This document shows positions 54,504 through 61,976 of a stretch of DNA of 61,976 bases, one piece after another. Source of the stretch: Eubacteriales bacterium (GTDB taxonomy: Bacteria; Bacillota; Clostridia; Oscillospirales; CAG-272); assembly GCA_045643785.1 (NCBI GenBank), contig JAZRFR010000031.1:1-61976 (forward strand). Direction: 5' to 3'. Numbering within the stretch: the first letter of the stretch is position 1; each line of letters begins with the position of its first letter. Under the pieces are notes generated by a model. The model saw only the letters and a program-made list of their open reading frames with translations, did not search any database and was not told the DNA's origin. Made by a program: the position numbers and the translations under genes.

Positions 54504-55625
54504 ATGAAAAAGCTTATCACTCTGCTTCTCTGCGCGGTTCTGTGTCTGACCGTACTCGTCGCCTGCGACAAGGGTAACGATCAGCCCACCGAGACCAAGG
54601 GCGAGAACAACGCCACCACCACCGCTCCCGCCGAGGATGCCACCGAGGCTCCCACCGAGGAAGCCGCTACCGAGGCCGACGAGACCAATGCTCCCGAGGA
54701 GACCGCCGCCTCCGACGAGACTCAGGATTCCGCCAACCAGGAGTACGATCCCGAGCTCTACGTCGTCATCAAGACCCCCGAGGATCTCATGGCCTTCAAC
54801 AAGGCTGTCAACGAGGATTTCGAGTACTTCGATGACAAGACCGTTGTGTTCCTGGCCGATATCGACATGACCGGCTACGAGTGGATCCCCCTGGACGGTG
54901 AATACCTCTTCGGCGTCACCTTCGAGGGTAACGGCCACACCATCTCCAACCTGCAGTTCGCTCTCCACGATCCCGAGCAGGGCACCGATGCCTCCCGCAT
55001 GGGCTCCGGCTTCGTCGGCGTTGCTACCCAGGATATGACCTTCAAAAATCTCACCATTGACACCGCATCCGTGGTTGCTTACGAGCGCGCCGTCGGTTGC
55101 TTCATCGGCGTACAAACCAACGGTTTCGTCGAGTTTGAAAACTGCACCGTCAAGAACTTCACCGCCGAGGGTTGGATGGATTACAACAACCAGAATCGTG
55201 ACGAAGGCGGTCACCCCATCTCCTTCCGTCTCGCCGGCTTCGTCGGTCACAACATGGCCGGCCAGCTGTACTTCAACAAGTGCCACGTAGAGAACGTCAA
55301 GCTCTCCGGCTTCCACAACATGGCCGCTTTCGTTGGCTACGGCTCTGTTACTCTGGACGAATACGCCTTTGAGGAGTGCTCCGTCAAGAATCTGGAGTGC
55401 ACCTTCTCTTACTGCCTGGCCGATGCCTACACCGTAGACATGCCCCGTAAGTTCGTCTCCGTCTTCTTCAACCATGCTCAGTGGATCGATAAGGTTGAGG
55501 CTTGCGTGGAGATGGGTAACACCTTCGAGGGCGTGAGCTACTACGACTACTCCGACGGCAACGCCGAGTACACTCCCTCCGACTTCATCTCCTGGAGCGA
55601 GGAAGAAGCCAACACTCCCGCGTAA
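54504..55625 (+). CDS. Lipoprotein of unknown function (possibly beta-helix)
   Basis: Lipobox LTVLVAC-DKG, then an acidic T/E/A-rich linker. Repeats of the type F.N.T......A...G.FVG suggest a parallel beta-helix. Confidence 0.65.
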   Translation: MKKLITLLLCAVLCLTVLVACDKGNDQPTETKGENNATTTAPAEDATEAPTEEAATEADETNAPEETAASDETQDSANQEYDPELYVVIKTPEDLMAFNKAVNEDFEYFDDKTVVFLADIDMTGYEWIPLDGEYLFGVTFEGNGHTISNLQFALHDPEQGTDASRMGSGFVGVATQDMTFKNLTIDTASVVAYERAVGCFIGVQTNGFVEFENCTVKNFTAEGWMDYNNQNRDEGGHPISFRLAGFVGHNMAGQLYFNKCHVENVKLSGFHNMAAFVGYGSVTLDEYAFEECSVKNLECTFSYCLADAYTVDMPRKFVSVFFNHAQWIDKVEACVEMGNTFEGVSYYDYSDGNAEYTPSDFISWSEEEANTPA

Positions 55626-55651
55626 TTCCCTGCATCTCTTTCATCTTCCAT

Positions 55652-55680
55652 CCCCGCCGCACAAGCGGCGGGGATTCTTT
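55652..55680 (+). terminator. Rho-independent terminator
   Basis: CCCCGCCGC ACAA GCGGCGGGG followed by ATTCTTT. Confidence 0.6.
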
Positions 55681-55691
55681 AAGGAGACATC

Positions 55692-56366
55692 ATGCCTTAT
55701 CAAACCGCAATCTTTGACCTGGACGGTACCCTTCTGGATACCCTGGAGGACCTGTACCGCGCCGTCAATGCCGCCCTGGCGCGCCATTCCCTTCCCCGCC
55801 GTACCCGCGACGAGGTCAGGATGTTCGTGGGCAACGGGGTGGAGATGCTCATCCGCCGCGCCGTGCCTGCCAATACCGACGAAGAAACGACCCTGGCGAC
55901 CCTGGCGGATTTCAAAACCACCTACGCCGCTATCTGCGAGGATCACACCAAGCCCTACGATGGAATCCTTGCCGTCCTTTCCGCTCTGCGGGATCAGGGT
56001 GTCCGCGTAGCCGTGGTCTCCAATAAGTTCGACGCCGCTACCAAGCAGCTCTGTGAGAAATACTTCGGAGCCCTGGTGGAGGTCGCCATCGGAGAGAGGG
56101 CCGGCGTTCGGAAAAAGCCCGCGCCGGATACGGTAATCGAGGCTCTGCGGGAGCTGGGCGGAACCGCCGAAGGATGCGCCGCAGGATGCGCCGTAGGCGC
56201 GGTGTATATCGGAGACTCCGACGTGGACATCCAGACCGCGAGGAATAGCGGCATGCCCTGTATCTCCGTTACGTGGGGTCTGCGGGATGAGGATTTTCTG
56301 GTGGAAAACGGAGCGACGACCCTTGTCCGCGCCCCCGAAGAACTCCTTCCCCTCATCATAGCCTAA
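55692..56366 (+). CDS. HAD-family phosphatase (phosphoglycolate phosphatase-like)
   Basis: AIFDLDGTLLDT (motif I), VVSNK (motif II), YIGDSDVDIQTARNSGM (motif IV). Confidence 0.8.
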   Translation: MPYQTAIFDLDGTLLDTLEDLYRAVNAALARHSLPRRTRDEVRMFVGNGVEMLIRRAVPANTDEETTLATLADFKTTYAAICEDHTKPYDGILAVLSALRDQGVRVAVVSNKFDAATKQLCEKYFGALVEVAIGERAGVRKKPAPDTVIEALRELGGTAEGCAAGCAVGAVYIGDSDVDIQTARNSGMPCISVTWGLRDEDFLVENGATTLVRAPEELLPLIIA

Positions 56367-56368
56367 TA

Positions 56369-56408
56369 AAAAGAAGTCACTCTCCGAAGAAAGTGACTTC
56401 TTTTCTAT
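56369..56408 (+). terminator. Rho-independent terminator
   Basis: AGAAGTCACT CTCCGAAGAA AGTGACTTCT followed by TTTCTATTTTTTT. Confidence 0.7.
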
Positions 56409-56502
56409 TTTTTTATTTTATTCCCTATTGAAGGTTTTTGGGGATTCTTAAGGGACTTTTTTCAAAAAGTCCCTTAAGCCGCCGGAGGCCGCTCCCCCGC
56501 TC

Positions 56503-57231
56503 TTACTCCTGTGCCTTCAAGAAGTCGATGCAGCGCTTGACTTCCTCGAGGCCGGTGGGATCCAGACCCTCGGACTCGACCACCATGCGGATGCCGTTCT
56601 TGATGGCGTACTCACGTACCTTCAGTACAGGAGCCTCGCCCTGACCCAGGGACTTGCCGGCTCCGCCCTTGAAGCCGTCCTTGAGGTGGATGACCTTGAC
56701 GCGGCCGGACAGACGCTTCAGGGTCTCAATGGGATCAATACCGGCATTGAAAGCCCAGAAGGTGTCGATCTCGAAATCAAAGGTGCCGCGCTTCTCCAGT
56801 TCGGAGTGGATGGTGGAGCCCCAAGGCATGACCACGAACTCGTGGCTGTGGTTGTGATAACCCAGAGAAATGCCCTCCTCGGCCAGACGAAGCTGAGCCT
56901 TGTTCATGACGGCGCAGAAGTCGATGATCTTGTCCAGAGTGGACAGATCCGCGCCGGGGATGATGTAGTTGGGGTTGCCGATGGTCTTGTGGTAGGCGAT
57001 GGTGGCCTCAATATTCTCGGGAAGCAGCTCTACCCAGCCCGAGTGAGTGCCGCTGCACTTGAGACCGTACTTGTCCTGCCACTCCTTCACCTGCTCGGCG
57101 GAATGGCCGAAAAAGCCTGCGTACTCCACGTACTTGTAGCCCATCTCGGCCACAGCCTTGAGCGCGCCCTCCAGATCGTTCCCCGTAATGTCGCGTACGC
57201 TGAAAAGTTGAAGTCCGTATTCGATTGCCAT
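56503..57231 (-). CDS. Sugar phosphate isomerase/epimerase (xylose isomerase-like TIM barrel)
   Basis: Typical AP_endonuc_2 layout: GYKYVEYAGFFG, LGYHNHSHEF, VIHLKD. Confidence 0.78.
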   Translation of the reverse strand: MAIEYGLQLFSVRDITGNDLEGALKAVAEMGYKYVEYAGFFGHSAEQVKEWQDKYGLKCSGTHSGWVELLPENIEATIAYHKTIGNPNYIIPGADLSTLDKIIDFCAVMNKAQLRLAEEGISLGYHNHSHEFVVMPWGSTIHSELEKRGTFDFEIDTFWAFNAGIDPIETLKRLSGRVKVIHLKDGFKGGAGKSLGQGEAPVLKVREYAIKNGIRMVVESEGLDPTGLEEVKRCIDFLKAQE

Positions 57232-57269
57232 GATCTATTCTCCTTTATTGTAAGGGCTATGCCCCTTAG

Positions 57270-59267
57270 TTACTTGTATTCCACGCTCACCGCAGCAGAA
57301 GTAGCGTCGTAGGAATTCACCTTGTTTTTGTTGATGATAAACGCGATCTCGTCGCCTTCGGCCACCGTCAGGGTGATCTCGCCGTCGACGGGAGAGCTGT
57401 GGGTGATGAGAAGGCCGCCGTCTCGTTCCTCGCCTATGGCTATTTCATTGCCGTTGTGACGAATGTACAGGATCACACCGTCACTCTGCTCCGAGGCTAC
57501 CGCAAAGCTGTAGGAGCATACCACCTCACCCGCCTTGGGGGCTTTGAAAACCAGCGCGGCATCCGTCGTGTCGGGATGCATGGAGCCCGCCGAAATGAGG
57601 CAGTACTCCGCCGCTCCCTTCCAGCGGTTGTTGGCGGCGTCAAAGGTCATGTCGGTCATACCCTTGCGGGCAGAGGAACGGTAATACCAGTTCTTGTGCC
57701 CCTGCTCGGAGGAAAAGTCACCGGGGAAGGCGTAGAGCGCGATCGGCTCGGTGGGAGTGGTGTGAGTCAGATCGTCCACCACCTTGACGTAGACGAACTC
57801 GCCGTTTTGGGCGGCATTGCGGTATTCCGTGATGTAACGATCCGCATTTCTCTTGCGGAACAGATCCAGCAAAGAAACCTCTATGACGGGGCTATCGGCC
57901 GTCGGCTGTACGATCGAGGGAGGATTCTCACCCAGCCACGTGGAGGAAATCTCCTGCCATACGGGGCGGTAGGTCTGGTAGTTTGCGTCCATGTTCCAGT
58001 TGGCCGCGCTGACGTAGGTACAGCCTCGCTCAAAGCAGGTAAGTCCCTGCTCCAGGTACCGTTCAGGCGTTGCGCCGTTCTGATGAGGGCCGTCAATCTC
58101 CTGAGCCAGCTCCACCGTAGCGGGCAGAACAGAGCGAATATAGTCCATGGAGAAGTGGTGGTTCATGAGAGGACCGTCGTCGATCCAGAGGACGTCTACG
58201 TTCTCGCAGAGATCCACGACACCGTAAGTTCCGCGCAAAGCCGAGGCGGTGTCGTACACGCAACCCAGCTGGATGGAGAACTTGGTGTCCCCCGCCACCT
58301 CGTCCTGGGCGGCGGCCAGCCGGTCAATAACGGTTTTCAGGCTATTGTGGCGGAAAGCGTACCAAAGCTGACCCAGATTGTCACTTGCTCCTGCGGTGGG
58401 AGGCTCGACCTTGTCAAAAGAGGCGGGACTCGTTCCCAGCGCGGTGTTCAGGGCTTCAACCGTTCCGTACGTTTCCTTCAGGAAGGAACGGAAGGCGGCC
58501 TTGGCGTGGTCGGAATAGTCGTATTCCCCCGCGCACCAGTATTCGGTCTCGGCGTACTGGGAGAAGGCGGGGAGATAGAACAGGACGGCGTCACCGTACC
58601 TTTCGTCGTAGTGCTTCACGGCGTCCTTGTAGAAGGCCACGCATTTCTCCACGGCGTTCTCGGAATTGAAGGAGATCTGGAGGCGGTTGCCCGCTCCCGA
58701 GCCGCCCATGCAAAGGTTACCCGCAGGATCCCGCATGATATCGTTTTCGGTGAGTACCTTATCCCCCTTGGTGCGGGTCATGTCCAGGGAAATGGCTACC
58801 TTCATGCCCTTTTCCTTCACCACGTAGTCAATCATGGCGTCAAAGGCGGCGTAATCATAGACCCCGTCCGTCTTTTCAGCATGATGCCACGGGATATGCA
58901 CCTTGATGGCGTTGAAGCCGTCGGCGGCCACGGTGTCCACGGTGCTCTTGAAGGCGGCGAGGGAGTGGATATCGAAATTCCAGATGCGGAAGATGAAGTA
59001 ACGTTCCTGAATCTCCAGAGGCTCGACAGGCATGGTAGGCTCCTCCTCGGTGGGAATTTCGGGGGCGTCGGTAGTCGGATCAACAGGCACATCGGTGTGC
59101 GCTCCGGTGACCGTGTCTGTGACCGCGTTTGTGACACTGTCGGTGGGTGCGGCACTTTCGGCAGAGCCCTCGGTGGTATCAGCGGGCGGTGCAGCTTCAT
59201 TCGTGCAGGCCGGCAGAGCCGTAATCAGTAACAAAAGGCACAGGAAACAAAGCCAAATCCGTTTCAT
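57270..59267 (-). CDS. Lipoprotein glycoside hydrolase (GH42/GH35-like TIM barrel N-domain)
   Basis: Start at ATG 59267 (MKRIWLCFLCLLLLITALPAC, lipobox, GGAGG RBS). GFNAIKVHIPWHHAEKTDGVYDYAAFDAMIDYVVKEKGMKVAISL resembles the GH42 N-terminal signature. Confidence 0.6.
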   Translation of the reverse strand: MKRIWLCFLCLLLLITALPACTNEAAPPADTTEGSAESAAPTDSVTNAVTDTVTGAHTDVPVDPTTDAPEIPTEEEPTMPVEPLEIQERYFIFRIWNFDIHSLAAFKSTVDTVAADGFNAIKVHIPWHHAEKTDGVYDYAAFDAMIDYVVKEKGMKVAISLDMTRTKGDKVLTENDIMRDPAGNLCMGGSGAGNRLQISFNSENAVEKCVAFYKDAVKHYDERYGDAVLFYLPAFSQYAETEYWCAGEYDYSDHAKAAFRSFLKETYGTVEALNTALGTSPASFDKVEPPTAGASDNLGQLWYAFRHNSLKTVIDRLAAAQDEVAGDTKFSIQLGCVYDTASALRGTYGVVDLCENVDVLWIDDGPLMNHHFSMDYIRSVLPATVELAQEIDGPHQNGATPERYLEQGLTCFERGCTYVSAANWNMDANYQTYRPVWQEISSTWLGENPPSIVQPTADSPVIEVSLLDLFRKRNADRYITEYRNAAQNGEFVYVKVVDDLTHTTPTEPIALYAFPGDFSSEQGHKNWYYRSSARKGMTDMTFDAANNRWKGAAEYCLISAGSMHPDTTDAALVFKAPKAGEVVCSYSFAVASEQSDGVILYIRHNGNEIAIGEERDGGLLITHSSPVDGEITLTVAEGDEIAFIINKNKVNSYDATSAAVSVEYK

Positions 59268-59277
59268 GCTACCCTCC

Positions 59278-60030
59278 TTACGCCTCAAAAGGCATTTTGA
59301 TGCCCAGCTCGGTGAGTCTCTTGCAGTAGCCCGCCACGCGGTCGGGCAGGTAGTCCTCTACGCGGTGGCCGTCAAAGCCCACGCTGACCCGCACGCCCGA
59401 CTTGCGGACGATCTCCTGCTTTTCCTCGTCAGCGAAGAAATCCAGGAAATACTTGTGCTCGCGGTAGCCGTGGATGGAGTCGTAGCTGACGTTCATCTCC
59501 CAAAAGATGTTCTCGTCGGCCATGCGCTTGAAGTAGTCCAGAGGATCTGCGCCCAGACGAGCGATATGGGCAAACAGATCCGTGTGGGCGATGCCCACCA
59601 CAGGGGTACCGCAACGCTTGGCGTAGGCGAAGAGGTCGCCCCCCGTCACGGATGTGGAGGCATCCAGATTCTCGAGGAGGCAGTAGTCAAAGAAAGAAAT
59701 ATCCGCCCCATCGGGGAGGGAGAAGTTGGGGTGCTGCTCGCTTTTCAGCGTGCAGATCTCAATGCCCCGCAGGACGTTGATCTGCCCGGCGTACTTCTCT
59801 TTGATGAGATTGATGTGGTCGTAGTAGCGGCGCAGGGTGCGCTCGTAGTTTTCCAGCCCCATGTTGGCGGTGGCGCAGAACACACCGTGGCGGGCGTAGC
59901 CGATGCCGTAGTTGTGGTCGGTGATACCGAAGGTATCCAGGCCTCCCGCAATGGCGGCCTCCACGATGGCCTCGGGGGTATCCTTGCCGCAGAAGGAATA
60001 GTAGGTGTGAGAATGAAGATCCTGAAGCAT
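59278..60030 (-). CDS. PHP-domain metal-dependent phosphoesterase (HisJ-like)
   Basis: Start at ATG 60030: MLQDLHSHTYYSFCGKD...FGITDHNYG (PHP motifs I and II). RBS AGGAG. Confidence 0.8.
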   Translation of the reverse strand: MLQDLHSHTYYSFCGKDTPEAIVEAAIAGGLDTFGITDHNYGIGYARHGVFCATANMGLENYERTLRRYYDHINLIKEKYAGQINVLRGIEICTLKSEQHPNFSLPDGADISFFDYCLLENLDASTSVTGGDLFAYAKRCGTPVVGIAHTDLFAHIARLGADPLDYFKRMADENIFWEMNVSYDSIHGYREHKYFLDFFADEEKQEIVRKSGVRVSVGFDGHRVEDYLPDRVAGYCKRLTELGIKMPFEA

Positions 60031-60069
60031 GGTAACTCTCCTTGCATTGTGATTCTCTTTCCGCTTCCT

Positions 60070-60098
60070 ATTATATATTATTTTACCAAACTTGTCAA
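60070..60098 (-). promoter_or_regulatory. Consensus sigma-70 promoter of the PHP / GH42-like / isomerase operon
   Basis: Minus strand reads TTGACA (60098-60093), 17-nt spacer, TATAAT (60075-60070). Confidence 0.6.
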
Positions 60099-60188
60099 CA
60101 GGATTTGGGGCAAAAAGCAAAAAAATGACCAAAGGGCGGGTGTGGCATGCGGAGATTGATGTATTGCGAGTCAGACGGTATTTTAAAT

Positions 60189-60812
60189 AAATTGGGGTTT
60201 ATCGGTGAGTTTCTTTTCTGTACTTTTCTGTCAACAGTGACATGAAAAGAGAAGTGCAAGCACTTCACAAAAGAACACCGCCAAAGGGCTGGACGCCCTC
60301 TGGACACCCGTATTACCGTTATGGGTCTGTTTGACAGAGGAGATACACGGCGGGGGATTCGAAAAGCGCTCCGCAAAAACCTGCGGAGACGCTTTTCTCA
60401 CTCCCCGCCAAACTCAACCCAGAGTGGGCGCGGCTAAGGATTACGATAACCACAGTTTCTGCCGCGCGGGAGGGGGAGCGTGTTACCCCTTGTCGGTGGG
60501 AAGGCAGCCGCCGCTCCCGTGTCAACGGGCAAGAAGCGGAGGCGAACCGCTCGGAGAAGCAATCCACTTTCCCGTCGAGTTGGGCGGCCAACCGCGATGG
60601 CGGCGCTCCGCCGACATTGCGGCTCCACGGCAAACTGCGACTTGACGGCGTGTTAGCCCATTTGCCCGTTGGCAAATGGGCACGCAGATAAGGGGATAGG
60701 ATCCTTAAGGAAAGTACCGTGGGTACTTTCCTTAAGTGGCGTTCTTTTGGTACTTTTCTGCCGTCATGGGCAGAAAAGTACATAAGCATAACTCACCGAC
60801 AAACCCAAATTT
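60189..60812. other. ~620-bp non-coding element with ~42-bp imperfect terminal inverted repeats, a nested second long-range helix and many internal perfect hairpins (large structured RNA or MITE)
   Basis: Outer arms: AAATTGGGGTTTATCGGTGAGTTTCTTTTCTGTACTTTTCTG (60189-60230) vs the reverse complement of 60771-60812, AAATTTGGGTTTGTCGGTGAGTTATGCTTATGTACTTTTCTG. Inner pairing: 60261-60283 with 60733-60752. Perfect hairpins at 60707-60733, 60750-60781, 60361-60397 and 60656-60681. Confidence 0.55.
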
Positions 60813-60824
60813 GAAATCTACCAT

Positions 60825-60865
60825 AAAACAAAACCCCTTGGTTGAAGCGAACCTCAACCAAGGGG
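60825..60865 (-). terminator. Rho-independent terminator of ppdK
   Basis: Minus strand has CCCCTTGGTTGA GGTTCGCT TCAACCAAGGGG followed by TTTTGTTTT. Confidence 0.7.
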
Positions 60866-60901
60866 AAAATGTTGTTATGCTTTTACGCTACGCGGCAAGA
60901 A

Positions 60902-61976
60902 TTACTTGCTCTTGATAGCAGCCTGAGCAGCAGCCAGACGAGCGATCGGCACACGGAAGGGAGAGCAGGAAACGTAGTCCAGACCCAGCTCGTGGCAGAA
61001 CTCAACGGAAGTGGGATCGCCACCGTGCTCACCGCAGATACCGATGTGCAGGTTAGCGTTGTTGGCACGACCGTCCTTGCAAGCCATGTTCATCAGCTTA
61101 CCAACACCGGTCTGATCCAGACGAGCGAAGGGATCGTTCTCGAAAATCTTGGTGTCGTAGTAAGCGGTCAGGAACTTACCGGCATCGTCACGGGAGAAGC
61201 CGAAGGTCATCTGGGTCAGGTCGTTGGTACCGAAGCAGAAGAAGTCAGCGTTCTGAGCGATCTCGTCAGCGGTCAGGCATGCGCGAGGAATCTCGATCAT
61301 GGTACCAACCTCGTACTCCAGCTCTACGCCGGCAGCAGCGATCTCAGCGTCAGCGGTCTCAACAACCACCTTCTTAACGAACTTCAGCTCCTTGACCTCG
61401 CCTACCAGAGGAATCATGATCTCGGGAACCATCTTCCAATCGGGATGAGCCTTCTGGACATTGATGGCGGCGCGGATCACGGCCTTGGTCTGCATAGCGG
61501 CGATCTCGGGATAGGTGACAGCCAGACGGCAGCCACGGTGACCCATCATGGGGTTGAACTCGTGCAGACCCTGAATGATGGTCTTGATCTGCTCAACGGT
61601 CTTACCCTGAGCGGCAGCCAGAGCGGCGATGTCCTCCTCAGTGGTAGGAACGAACTCGTGCAGGGGGGGATCCAGGAAACGGATGCAAACGCGGGTACCC
61701 TCGAGAGCCTCGTAGATCTTCTCGAAGTCGCCCTGCTGGTAAGGCAGGATCTTCTCCAGAGCAATCTCACGCTCCTCAGCGGTGTCAGAGCAGATCATCT
61801 CACGGAAAGCGGCGATTCTGTCTGCCTCGAAGAACATGTGCTCGGTACGGCACAGACCGATACCCTCGGCGCCCAGCTCGCGAGCCTTCTTAGCGTCGGC
61901 GGGGGTGTCAGCGTTGGTGCGAACCTTCAGAGTACGGAACTCATCAGCCCAAGCCATGATGCGGCCGAACTCGCCG
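60902..61976 (-). CDS. ppdK: Pyruvate, phosphate dikinase, C-terminal PEP/pyruvate-binding TIM-barrel part (5' end lies beyond the right window edge)
   Basis: WADEFRTLKVRTNADTP..GAEGIGLCRTEHMFF, GTNDLTQMTFGFSRDD, ICGEHGGDP, SCSPFRVPIARLAAAQA. Confidence 0.93.
   Translation of the reverse strand, partial: GEFGRIMAWADEFRTLKVRTNADTPADAKKARELGAEGIGLCRTEHMFFEADRIAAFREMICSDTAEEREIALEKILPYQQGDFEKIYEALEGTRVCIRFLDPPLHEFVPTTEEDIAALAAAQGKTVEQIKTIIQGLHEFNPMMGHRGCRLAVTYPEIAAMQTKAVIRAAINVQKAHPDWKMVPEIMIPLVGEVKELKFVKKVVVETADAEIAAAGVELEYEVGTMIEIPRACLTADEIAQNADFFCFGTNDLTQMTFGFSRDDAGKFLTAYYDTKIFENDPFARLDQTGVGKLMNMACKDGRANNANLHIGICGEHGGDPTSVEFCHELGLDYVSCSPFRVPIARLAAAQAAIKSK

Noticed and set aside
56447-56478. 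Perfect palindrome CTTAAGGGACTTTTTTCAAAAAGTCCCTTAAG downstream of the isomerase gene as a terminator
   Set aside because: A hairpin is clearly possible, but there is no flanking U-run on either strand. It is not called as a terminator and may be a protein-binding palindrome or RNA stabiliser.
60319-60789. 156-aa minus-strand ORF inside the 60.2-60.8 kb element
   Set aside because: It has no RBS and a low-complexity Arg/Ser/Pro-rich sequence. It is exactly coextensive with the hairpin-rich, inverted-repeat-bounded region, so an RNA or DNA element is the better explanation.
60189-60812. RNase P RNA, group II intron or cobalamin riboswitch identity for the large structured element
   Set aside because: The closest match to the universal GGAAAGUCC (CR-I) is GGAAAGUGG on the minus strand, and no ACAGAA..CCGGCUUA-type CR-V is present. 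There is no domain V-like 34-nt AGC...GNRA hairpin. GGTGAGT at the ends is not GUGYG. No B12 box is present.

Overview
GC-rich (judged by eye, not computed) Gram-positive-type chromosome segment. It is probably Clostridia/Oscillospirales-like, inferred from GGAGG ribosome-binding sites, TTGACA-17-TATAAT promoters and gene content. Housekeeping genes lie at and near the edges: gap 5' part, HAD hydrolase, dusB, cca, a solitary tRNA-Gln, and a ppdK fragment. The centre (5.9-37.9 kb, all minus strand) holds two accessory transcription units. Unit B (21942->5924) is the most interesting. It is an eight-gene, tightly coupled operon encoding an Hsp70/actin-fold ATPase, an SNF2 helicase with a Cys-rich tail, a Cys-rich Zn-ribbon protein, a 1621-aa polytopic MBG-repeat surface protein, a Zn-ribbon/Sel1-like protein, two helical proteins with Snf7-like and CHMP2/Vps2-like ESCRT-III signatures, and a Vps4-like classic AAA+ ATPase with a MIT-like N-terminus. 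I do not recognise this combination as a named system. Unit A (36486->22274) encodes a small Cys-rich protein plus two giant surface proteins (2477 and 2095 aa), next to a MerR-N/LuxR-C regulator. The right third (43-60 kb) is a glycan/cell-surface region: a GH78-like enzyme, a phosphodiester glycosidase, tandem CBM9-like paralogs, a GH42-like lipoprotein, a sugar-phosphate isomerase and a PHP phosphoesterase. Five secreted proteins in the window share an unusual C-terminal tail (P/T/E/A linker, G-C-[AGS]-[SGA], TM helix, KKKD-COOH) that looks like a sorting signal, but no sorting enzyme is present. Two unexplained structured non-coding elements were found. One is a tRNA-Gln 3'-end duplication inside a ~155-nt hairpin-rich element. 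The other is a ~620-bp element with nested long-range inverted repeats at 60.19-60.81 kb. I saw no rRNA, CRISPR array, transposase or integrase. All protein family assignments come from motif recognition by eye and need profile or structure searches.
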